From the NCBI GenBank assembly GCA_032718475.1, contig JAUCBJ010005425.1:1-43009 (forward strand): DNA of 43,009 nt, given 5' to 3'. Under the pieces are notes generated by a model, which ran no database searches, had not been told where the DNA came from, and was given only the letters and a program-made list of their open reading frames with translations. This DNA comes from Nemertoderma westbladi. Taxonomy: Eukaryota > Animalia > Xenacoelomorpha. The translations under genes and the position numbers were made by a program. This document shows, piece by piece, positions 32,378 through 43,009 of this stretch. The stretch's first letter is position 1; every line of letters begins with the position of its first letter.

Positions 32378-33478
32378 GAGAGAGAGAATGACACCCCGTC
32401 GGGGCACTTTATTATAAAATAAACAGAGCGAGCACATGGTTAAAATTATATAATTTACAATCCAAAGGTTAAGATAAGATAAAATTAACTGGTTTAAAAT
32501 GGAGCGATCTTTTTATTTAATTACACGCCCAGCTTGCCAAATACGTATGATTGTGTGAACATTCTAGAATGTGATAAGTTGTCGCTTGTCTGTTGCAAAG
32601 CTTACAGATGCAGCTTTCCTGCGCTTCGTGAAACACGCCTTTCCCGGTGCAACATTACTTTAAAGTGAAATCGATTTGAATTGTTTGGTGACTCCCAAGT
32701 ACAATTTGCGAATGCAATTGATTTCCAGAATGATGGGTTGATTTCAGCTATTTTTGAATCTGATTCTAGTTGATATTGTTGATAAGCGGGGGATAAGATT
32801 AAGTTGGAGTTGGTCAGCTAATTCTGATACTAGTGTGGGTTCCTTACATAGAGCGATTACCAATCGGTTTTGAGTTGACTTATGGAGGCAGAGAACCTTT
32901 TTAAAAAATGTTTATTTTATTTTGTCGAGTTTTTTCAAATTGTTGGAGGTCAGGAAAGGCCAAATTTCTCTTAAGCTGTATCTTACAATCGGGGATATTT
33001 TGTGATTAAACACTTTTATTGCTGTTTGAAGCGATAACAGATAGGGATTTTTGATTGTGTAATTGCGGCGACTGACTTGCACATTACAATAGTTACGTGT
33101 TTTGTAAACTTGAGTGTAGTTTGTAGGGTGACGCCTAGGTATTTATAGGAGTTGACCACCTGGACTGGAAATCCGTTGTATTTAAACGTATCTGACGCAC
33201 ATAAGCGGCCCCCGCGGCGAAACTTCATTATTGCGGTTTTTGATAGGTTGACCTCGACGCCGTTGTCTGCAGCCCATTTTGCTGTACCATCTAGACCGGC
33301 CTGGATAACATCTTTAGAGTCGCCGTAAAAGGTTAAGTCGTCCGCGAAGAGGAGGATAATTAATTCACCAATTTTAACTGCCGCGGGACTCAGGCTATCA
33401 CCCTGTAGGAGACCCCGAGTTTGTTCCACCATTCTAGAATTTCGAAGGCCATCAAAAACCTGTATGTAGTTGTACCTG
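32378..33478 (-). mobile_element. 5'-truncated LINE: RT C-half, CCHC finger, 3' UTR with terminal hairpin and (TC)n tail
   Basis: GLLQGDSLSP, LLFADDL, YKYLGVTL, CKLCNRQATTYHILEC; minus strand ends AATAAAGTGCCCCGACGGGGTGTCATTCTCTCTCTC. Confidence 0.88.
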
Positions 33479-33479
33479 T

Positions 33480-33720
33480 ATTCGCACACAGGCCCTTTTC
33501 ACATTTTCTACAAGATTTGCTACTTTTCCGGTGCTCACTTCGAGGGCAAATGTGGCAACGTTTTTTTCTTCTTTGGCTCTTCTGTCTGGGAGAGCTGGTA
33601 GAGACATTTTAGTGGTTGAAGTAGTTGATGTTACATGCGCCATTGATTTCGATAGTTCCAATAGGAACCGTTTTCGCCTCTGTCCTGATCGCCTCTGATA
33701 TTCTGGATGAATGCTGAAAA
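33480..33720 (-). pseudogene. piggyBac transposase C-terminal fragment (cysteine-rich domain)
   Basis: HPEYQRRSGQRRKRFLLELSKSM then, after a frameshift, RKKRCHICPRSEHRKSSKSCRKCEKGLC. Confidence 0.75.
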
Positions 33721-34444
33721 TGTTGTATTCATAGTATACAGTCCCGCTCTCAACGCGAGTATATTTTCAGGCACCAATATCTGTGAGCCTTGTAATAATG
33801 TGAGACAGGGCAGGGGGGGAACTCGACGCAAAACCCGCCTTGGCGAATTAATATCCCGTCTCAATGTTAAATTCTCAATTTAGGTAAAGGGACAGGTTAC
33901 AGTGGCACGTTATTTTAACCAAAACAATAAACTAAACACAATAGAACAGGTTACAGTGTTATTATTGAGAGTAATCAACTGTTATTTGCGTCCAATTTCC
34001 CCTGGAGAGGGATGAATTTTTATTGCGTCCAGTTTCCCGCCTACTGTATCTGAATAATGTATTGAACAGAATAACAAAAGCTGGTCTGGAGCCATAAATA
34101 ATAATATAAAATATTTATAACATAGTAATCATTTGAAACTCCTATTGGGTTCATATGGACCCCACGGTATATTGAGCCCCTATTCAACTCTGTATAAAAC
34201 TTGTTTCTATCTAACTTATTAATGATTGTAAGTGATTACTAAATAATAAAATAGTCCTATTAAATAAAATGCAAAAAAATCAACAGATACGTTCTCCGAC
34301 ACGATCTCTCGACCCTTTATTAACCTCACTGACGCTCGGTAAATAAAATGCCTCGAGAATAATGAAAAAAGTTCTATTTTTTTCCCATGTAATAAATAAT
34401 TATATATTGGAAGGGAATAAAACTATGATAGTTTGTATACAGTA

Positions 34445-34990
34445 TAAGCCTGTACTAATTGGCTTACGTTATACTGATGTTTCAAATCTTTATGTTTGGA
34501 AAATAGAAACATCTGGGAAAAATAAACGGTTATTATTTTCACATTCCATAGTAAATTTAGTATTTGGGTGTTGGCGATTTAAATAATCCATAAAGCTTTT
34601 AGCTTTATCAAGAGTATCAAAAATGAAAAAAAGTATCGTCCATATACTGTAGGCCCTATCTACGGTAGAAAAGGGGTTTAAACAACTCAGGACATTCATC
34701 TAACCAGCGGACTTCATGGCAGGAAAGTAAGACGTTAGTTAGCAACAACTGCACCAAGCGGGGAACCCAGCAGTCCGTCCATCTAACTGTTTATATAAAT
34801 TATTATTAAATTGCCTAAATTGTACTTTATTAAAACCACTTACAGTACTAAAGGAACATCAGAAATACAGTATGTAATTTATAAACAATATAATTTCAAT
34901 AGATTCAGAAACCAGAATATTTATAACTATGATAGTTTTGTTTTTCTTGAGTTTATTAAGTGCCGATAGTTCTCTCAAGATACGGCGCGG
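34445..34990 (-). pseudogene. Penelope-like element reverse transcriptase fragment
   Basis: YKQLDG, GSPLGAVVAN, KPLFYRR-YMDD, YLNRQHPNTKFTMECENNNRL, FETSV*RKP. Confidence 0.85.
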
Positions 34991-35939
34991 AAAGGCGGTC
35001 TCGTATATCCATACTGTATGCAGCGGAGAGTGCGATAAGGCGAGTTGGGATCCGTTCTTTACCCAAAATATTAGGTTCTCTTCGAACACCAGTAAACAAG
35101 TTTTTTGCCGTTTCCTACCGCTTTTTATAATATCTGATTTATTCAATTTGTTTTTTTCTGCGCACTTGTTACTACTAAAGGCCTAACTTATTCTGTATTG
35201 TAATATTTTTTTGCTTAGGCCCTACTTGCTTTCAATTATGCATTGCTAATGGTAAATGATTTCTACCGAAACGTCTGCAGTTTTAGATTATCGACAATTA
35301 AACTATAACTAATATGTTTAAACTAAAGATTTTTTCGCTGGCCTTAAGTTGTACACAGCTATAAGTTCAATACAGTCATGATAGCACTAGATGGCGTAAG
35401 AACTATTCACTGGGAAATAATCTTATTAAATTATTGAATTATTGAATTAATATTCCTTATACAGTATTGGACAATGTGACATCACATCACGACATCACTA
35501 CAGTCGACATCACTACATGTGACATCACAACAGTCGACTGGCCTAGCCTATACAGTATGACCTGACAACGCCGGAACTACATTGTACAGAGTAACAACAC
35601 AATCGAAGTCTAACGACCTATACTGTGGTGACGCATTACCGGTGTAGCAACAGCAACGGAATACCAAGTTCCACTCCAAGCAATTAACCCCCTAGCGGCC
35701 CAAAGAGGAACTATAGAAGTCTGTCTCACTGTCTGTTTGTTCTGTCTGTACTGTTCTAATTTCTAATTAAACAATGTTCGTATCATTAGCAGTTCATCGC
35801 CCCGGGAAGCATTCAATCAGATACAGTATGTCAGTACAGTATGTACCGTACTTTATTGCGCATGCAAGGACTGTTTGTTGATATCATTAGACTCAAGATT
35901 TATTTTATTTATATGCAAAAGAGCTTCAGCTTATGAAAT

Positions 35940-36420
35940 ACCAGAAATAATTGTCGCTGGCATTGGATTGCTACAGTATATATTGTCATATTTCAGCGCT
36001 ACTCACACAAGATGGTGAAACTGATAGTTCTTCTTTATGGCTGGGTGATGCAGGGTTCACATTAGTACCATTTGCCATTACTATTCATAATTACTATTCA
36101 TTACTATTCGTATTTGACTACGCCATGAGGACGGCCACAAAGGGATACGATCTTGGGTTCGAACTACAACAACTACGCAGAAGTAGCAGATATCCGACAA
36201 ATACAGCCACAGACACCGACTTTGCGGATGACTTCTGCTTTCTAATGCGCCAGCAGATGCACAGATTCTACTGAATAAAATGGAGAAATTTTGACCACAA
36301 TTGATAATTTTCCACTAAGGCGAAACGTAACGACTTCCAGCACCAAAATTGGGTGATGGATAGGGAGAAACAAAAAAGATGTTAACGTTAGGAAAGCAAA
36401 CGCATGGGTAACTCTACAGT
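35940..36420 (+). pseudogene. RTE-like LINE reverse transcriptase fragment
   Basis: LTQDGETD, FVFDYAMR, RRSSRYP, TDTDFADD. Confidence 0.75.
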
Positions 36421-38119
36421 ACTATAGGCCTAACTGTAGAGTATAACTCTACCTTTCATTCATATATCATTCATATTCATGTATCATTCATATATTCATG
36501 TTTAAAGTGAGTGTTATTATTTATTTAGAACATTAAAAGCCTGATGTTTGAATGTTTTGATTACATAATAAAATTTGTAGTTGTAGAGTACAGTAATGTT
36601 GATAATAATGATAAAGTGGTATTATTTTTTAAAATCAAATAATTTGATAAATTTTCGTTGCTTTATTTAATATGGGACAAAAATGCATTTTGTATACTTA
36701 TTTCTCATCCCAATTTAAAATTCACGTGGCTGCATGCCTGCACGGACTGGGCCTTTTAAAAATACATTTCTATTAGTTCCATTAGTTCTAAGTTCTATTT
36801 GGCTTGCTTACATTTACACTTTCAGCTTATTGGATAACAGTACCATAAACCATCTCAACGCTCAGTGGCCTGGCCACTGCTAGGTACACACTTCATACTC
36901 ACAACTCACTCTGCCATTCAATCTCCCACCTCCCATCTCCCAATCGCCAATTTGTTTCTAAAAAAATACACTTCCTTCCATTCGTTCCATTTGTTCCATA
37001 ATTCAAGGTCTTGTACTACTGTACTACAGTCTGACAGTATGACAGAACTTCTTTAATTAGGCCTGCTGCTGCAATCAGCCAAAAGTCAGAATATCCACTA
37101 AATTTCTTACTGCTGTCAGGCTGTATCGGTACACGGTAGCTATTGCTGTATTGTGCGTTTTCCAGGAGACTGGGAGACCGACAGACCGACCTCACCAACA
37201 AGCAACAACGTACACTCTGCCTGTCTGCAGTTGTACCTATCAGCCTGTGTACCGGTACTTGAGCTGAGCGAGAGAGGACTGGAGGAGGACTAACTGGTAG
37301 CGAACTTATCAAGTACTGAAGTATGCACCATGTAGCATGTAGTCATGTTCATGTACCCATTCTATCAAACTAATTACTTAATTTTTATTTTCAAATAATT
37401 AATTAGGTTTTAATTAATAGGCCCTACCTGCCTACCTAGGCTGCTAGGCCTATTCATCAGTTTCCCAAATTACCCCAGCCTGGCTGCCTGGGGTAGGCCT
37501 AATTTGGGACAGCTGGCTTCAGGCTTGCTGGGGGAATTTGGGACAGAACATACATTGTACAGTAGGTCTAGTAGGCCTAGTAAGTAGTCAATTTGCCATT
37601 GCAGCATTGCTGCATTGTAATATGACACAAACTTTGTTGAGAAATTGTACAATGCTAAACAACAGAAACAATGCATAGAGTTTGCAGGTTTGAAATGTTT
37701 TAATGAGTAGAAAAAAACCAGACGGTGAAATTTTTCTTTTTTTTGCATTATGTTCAAGAAAGACCCAGCTTTTATATTGTGAAATACAAAAATAAAATTA
37801 TGCGGTATTTTTTCCTGAAACTTAAGTTCTTGCATGTTATGTCGAAAAAATATCCAAAAAAGGCAGAAAGGCGAGTGACCAACTTAAAACAAAAAAATTT
37901 CAATGTCATCTTTTTCCTCTTCGCGCAGCACGAAACATATTCATTGATTTTTTGTTTTGTCTGAATTTTACTTATATTCAAACGTCTACCTAATCTAATG
38001 CGAAGTAGGCTACCGTTTACTCAATTTTCCTCCAACTAGAATGGTATAGGCCTATTACTGTATTATACAGTTATAGACACCCTGACCTGTTGTAATAATC
38101 ATCTGATCATTAATGGTTA

Positions 38120-38512
38120 AATATTGTTTATTGTTTTGGTTAGAAAAGCCTGCCTCTGTAACCTGTTCCTTTCCCTCAATTGGTAATAATAACAACTAAC
38201 AATATCGTTTATTTTTTCGGTTAGATAAGCCTGCCTCTGTAACCTGTTTCTATCCCTCTATCAGTCTATTGGTAACAATATCGTTTATTGTTTTGGTTAG
38301 AAAAGCCTCCTGCCTTTGCTCTGTACAGCTGTAACCTGTCAATATAACCTGTCAATTGTCAATATCGCTTATTGTTTTGGTTAGAAAAGCCTGCCTCTGT
38401 AACCTGTTCCTTTCCCTCTTTTCACTTTTGTTAACAATATCGTTTTATTGTTTTGGTTAGAAAAGGCTGCCTCTCTGCCTCTGTAAACTGCTCTTTTTTG
38501 CTTTCCCTCAAT
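38120..38512. repeat. Five degenerate ~75-85-bp tandem units upstream of STIP1
   Basis: Core AATATCGTTTATTGTTTTGGTTAGAAAAGCCTGCCTCTGTAACCTG repeated. Confidence 0.85.
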
Positions 38513-38897
38513 TGCTCAATTGTGTCCCCTCCTTTCCCTCCACAGTATTATTAATATTATATAAAAAAAAATGCTGCCACCGATGCCGAATCGCGAAATT
38601 ACCTGACAGCCTGATACGGTAAAAATAAATATAAAACAGTTTGGAAAAAATAATTTAAATTTTTTTCCCGAAATCCCAAACTTCCCGAAAATATAAGAGT
38701 GTTTTCCCAAGGAGACCGGCTAGTTAACTGAATTTTGAAAAAAAAAATCTGAGTGTTTTCTCAGAGAGACCTGTTTTCGAGCAAAAAAATTACATCAGAC
38801 TGTCAGATAGTAGAGTCCGGCTGTGGCTAGGCTACCGACAGACCGACCTACCGTTAGGCCTACGTTTTTGTTGGTTGTTTGATACGATAATTTTAAT

Positions 38898-41258
38898 ATG
38901 GATGACACATGGAAAGTCAAAGGCAACGCCGCGCTACAGCAAAATAATTATGAACTCGCGATAAAGTGTTACTCCGAGGGTTTAAAAATAACCCCGGAGA
39001 ATCACATATTATTCAGCAACAGGTCTGCTGCGCACGCTAAGAAAACAGATTACGACAACGCACTGAAAGACGCAAACAAATGCATCGAATTAAACGCAAC
39101 ATTCAGTAAAGGTTACAGCCGCAAAGGGGCTGCTTTGATGGGGTTGGGTAGGTTGGAAGAGGCCCTTAAAGCCTATGAAAGCGGTCTTAAAGTTGACCCA
39201 GAGAATCCACAACTAAAACAAGGCGTAGAAAGTTGCAAGGAAGAGTTGGATAGGAAATCTTCCTTTGCTAATCCCTTCTCACAACCCGGAGTTATGGAGC
39301 GATTAAAATCCGACCCTAAAATGCGACCGCATATGAACGACCCTTCCTTCCTAAAAATACTGGATGATCTTCGTAAGAATCCCAAATCTCTTACGACTCA
39401 TTTGAGAGACGAGAGAGTTTTAGCTGCCCTTTCCAGTTTATTAGGGATCGATTTGGCTTCGGCTTCCGCTAGTGATTCGCCGCCACCGGAACCAGAGCCG
39501 CGTAATAAAGCTAAACCGTCTAGTATTGTGCCGGAACTTTCTGCGCAAGAGAAAGAAGCTCTTGAGTTTAAAGAGAAAGGAAATTCGGCGTATAAAGAGA
39601 AACAATTCGATTCGGCTTTGGAGTTTTATAACAAAGCCGTCGATTTATACGATAAAAACATGTCGTTTATCACGAATATCGCCGCGGTTTATTTCGAGAT
39701 GGGCGATTTCGATAAATGTATCGAGAGTTGCGAGAAAGCCATAGAAGTTGGCCGCGCGAATCGCGCTGATTATAAGAGCGTAGGTAAGGCCTTGTCGAGG
39801 ATCGCGGCGGCTTACGCCAAACAGGATAGGTTGGAGGACGCCGTTGTCTATTACCATAAGTCCCTCACGGAGCACAGAGACCGCGAGGTTACCAGTAAAG
39901 TCGCCGCTATAGAGAAGGAGATTAAGAGAAGGAAGGATTTCGCTTACCATGATGTCGATAAAGCTGAAGAAGCCAAAGCTTTAGGTTGGTGGATTTATAA
40001 CTTCCGTCACATTATTTTAATTGTTTCTTTCTACTTTCTAGTAAGATTTGTTTTTGTGTTGTATAATAATTATTTAGGCCTATATATATAAGAGAGTAAA
40101 TAAATCTGCCTCCGGTATTTAATTAATGGCCTATTATTATTACCGGTATTTGTTTATTTAAATAAAATAATAATAAAATATAATTTGAAAAATATTTACA
40201 ATTTATTAATTAATATTTGATTATACTTATTAACGGTATAGACCTAACAGCCTAAGGCTGTAAGGTATCTATTAAATTCGGCTATTCGGGGACTAAACTC
40301 CTAAAAGTGTTATTTTCTGTCTGTCTATTTGTTGATATTTTCTATATTATTTCTATTAAAACTTTGAAATTAAATTCCAATAAATTATATAGGCCTATGA
40401 ATTTAAATTAATAGATTTATAATAATCCTATACAAAATACATCCTGTACATTTGTAAAAATTATAAATTATTAAAAATTATTATTTCATACTTACAGTTT
40501 TGTTCAGCTGCTTTGGATTGTTTAAATTTGGGATTAAAGCGATCCATAAGAATGTCTATTTGCACTTGTAGTGGGCGCTTTACATTGTACTGATACTCGG
40601 TCATATCACAATACAATCACATACTCGCTACGCTCGTTATGCTACCTTTACAAACAAGTAAATAGTTTAACATTTTAAACCTCAAATCTAACTAATTGAT
40701 TACCCCGACTCTCTAGGCAACGCGAGTTTCCAGCAGGGCGACTACCCCTCCGCCATGCGTCATTACAACGAGGCCATACTCCGTAATCCCGGCGACCCTA
40801 AACTCTACTCCAACCGGGCCGCCTGTTTGACTAAACTCGGCGAGTTTCGCCGTTCGCTCGCCGACTGCGAGACATCGATTAAACTAGACCCGACATTCGT
40901 GAAGGCCTACCTGCGAGCAGCCAACTCGCACATCGCGCTTAAAGACACCGCGGGAGCGCTCGCGAGTTATAACGAAGTCCTTCGCATCGACCCAACTAAC
41001 GAGGAAGCTCTAGTCGGGAAGAGGAACGCCTCTCGGTTGAATCTCCCGAGTTCTTCCGACACCCCCGAGGAGGTAGAACGTCGCGTTGCCAATGACCCCG
41101 AGGTTCAGGCGATCCTGAGCGACCCAGCGATGAGGTTGATACTCTCGCAGATGGAGAAGGACCCCAAAGCCCTGGGGGAACATCTGCAGAACCCGGAAAT
41201 CGCGAACAAGATACAGAAACTAATGGAGGTGGGGATAATACGTCTGGGTGGGATGTGA
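38898..41258 (+). CDS. STIP1: STIP1/Hop Hsp70-Hsp90 organizing protein; exons 38898-39984 and 40717-41258, 542 aa (TPR1-DP1-TPR2A-TPR2B-DP2)
   Basis: TPR motifs (KGNAAL, LFSNRSAA, KEKGNSAYK, LYSNRAAC), DP motifs (DPEVQAILSDPAMRLIL); GT at 39985 and AG at 40715-40716 with CTAAC branch site; splicing gives AKALGNASFQQGDYPSAMRHY in frame. Confidence 0.96.
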
Positions 41259-42396
41259 GTGAACTCAACTGGTTGGAATCCTACCCGTGTGAGTGGGTGT
41301 GAGTGAACTCAACTGGTTGGAATCCTACCCGTGTGAGTGGGTGTGCGTGAACTCAACTGGTTGGAATCCTACCCGTGTGAGTGGGTGTGCGTGAACTCAA
41401 CTGGTTGGAATCCTACCCGTGTGAGTGGGTGTGCGTGAACTCAACTGGTTGGAATCCTACCCGTGTGAGTGGGTGTGCGTGAACTCAACTGGTTGGAATC
41501 CTACCCGTGTGAGTGAACTCAACTGGTTGGAATCCTACCCGTGTGAGTGGGTGTGAGTGAACTCAACTGGTTGGAATCCTACCCGTGTGAGTGGGTGTGC
41601 GTGAACTCAACTGGTTGGAATCCTACCCGTGTGAGTGAACTCAACTGGTTGGAATCCTACCCGTGTGAGTGGGTGTGCGTGAACTCAACTGGTTGGAATC
41701 CTACCCGTGTGAGTGGGTGTGAGTGAACTCAACTGGTTGGAATCCTACCCGTGTGAGTGAACTCAACTGGTTGGAATCCTACCCGTGTGAGTGGGTGTGA
41801 GTGAACTCAACTGGTTGGAATCCTACCCGTGTGAGTGGGTGTGCGTGAACTCAACTGGTTGGAATCCTACCCGTGTGAGTGGGTGTTCGTGAACTCAACT
41901 GGTTGGAATCCTACCCGTGTGAGTGGGTGTGAGTGAACTCAACTGGTTGGAATCCTACCCGTGTGAGTGGGTGTTCGTGAACTCAACTGGTTGGAATCCT
42001 ACCCGTGTGAGTGGGTGTGCGTGAACTCAACTGGTTGGAATCCTACCCGTGTGAGTGGGTGTGAGTGAACTCAACTGGTTGGAATCCTACCCGTGTGAGT
42101 GGGTGTTCGTGAACTCAACTGGTTGGAATCCTACCCGTGGGAGTGGGTGTGAGTGAACTCAACTGGTTGGAATCCTACCCGTGTGAGTGGGTGTTCGTGA
42201 ACTCAACTGGTTGGAATCCTACCCGTGTGAGTGGGTGTTCGTGAACTCAACTGGTTGGAATCCTACCCGTGTGAGTGGGTGTTCGTGAACTCAACTGGTT
42301 GGAATCCTACCCGTGTGCGTGAACTCAACTGGTTGGAATCCTACCCGTGTGAGTGGGTGTGCGTGAACTCAACTGGTTGGAATCCTACCCGTGTGA
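41250..42396. repeat. 44-bp minisatellite (with 34-bp variants), about 27 copies, starting at the STIP1 stop codon
   Basis: Unit GTGAACTCAACTGGTTGGAATCCTACCCGTGTGAGTGGGTGTGA; copies start at 41259, 41303 and onward. Confidence 0.98.
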
Positions 42397-43009
42397 TTGT
42401 GAGTATCTGGATTAGAGTTGGTCTTTATTTTGCAATATTTCTCCTGATTACATGAAACTGATCAAAATATTTTTAATTTTGGTGTAAAAATGCCAAACCA
42501 ACTGGAAATAGATTCGAATCGTTCCACAACATTCTATGTCTGTCAATTATAGCGGTTTCGGCGTATCTTTAATTAGTTTTCAAGGTAAATAATTCCTCTA
42601 TTCCCTGAGTCGACTCGCACCGCGGCAGATTAATCCTTATAGGTTTTGCCGGACTCCGGTCATCAACAATTTGTTTTTACAGCAAATGAAAACTTTTCTG
42701 AATGAGTTCCTCTTAATAATATAGATTTTTTGAGCTACAAAGAAAAGTTATTTCGTAACCATAGAGCCGGAGGGAGACATTGTTACTACAATTAATTGTT
42801 TTGGAGTCATCCATCAGCTTTCTCTATTTAGAAGATATAAATAAATAAATAAAATAAAACCCAAAAATCATTAATTTCCTTAAAATATCTAAATTTTTAT
42901 TTGATTTTTTTTCAGACGATATTTTTTTGCTCTATGGTAACGGTGATTATCATAAAATATTTTTCGGACTTTATTAGTTGTTAATAATAAGTATATAAGA
43001 TACATTACA

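Noticed and set aside
34141-34170. piggyBac left end (palindrome GGGTTCATATGGACCC)
   Set aside because: No TTAA-CCC terminus found nearby, so it cannot be tied to the transposase fragment.
39985-40091. Hydrophobic C-terminal tail of the 397-aa STIP1 ORF (apparent TM)
   Set aside because: Read-through into the intron; GT-AG splicing restores the conserved TPR2B sequence.

Overview
Eukaryotic, repeat-rich, apparently invertebrate animal genomic DNA. It has two host genes: a single-coding-exon macroH2A (6066-7172, +) and a two-exon STIP1/Hop co-chaperone (38898-39984 + 40717-41258, +), plus a 3'-truncated STIP1 duplicate (25969-26667). Two related BEL/Pao LTR retroelements converge on macroH2A. 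One is a decayed gag-PR-RT-RH-IN copy on the minus strand (about 10372-19540). The other is a non-autonomous derivative on the plus strand (1-4280), in which RT/RH/IN are gone and the integrase C-terminal helix appears remodelled into a transmembrane segment. Their long 3' non-coding/LTR regions share hairpins and a possible pseudoknot with compensatory base changes, which points to an unannotated structured RNA. Other contents: LINE, RTE-like, Penelope-like and piggyBac fragments, two MITE/foldback elements with target-site duplications, a 5.4-kb 18-bp hairpin satellite with a 1.6-kb higher-order period, a 44-bp minisatellite that begins at the STIP1 stop codon, and frequent TA-bounded micro-insertions that look like Tc1/mariner-type excision footprints. 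All alignments and pairings were read by eye; no searches or folding programs were run.
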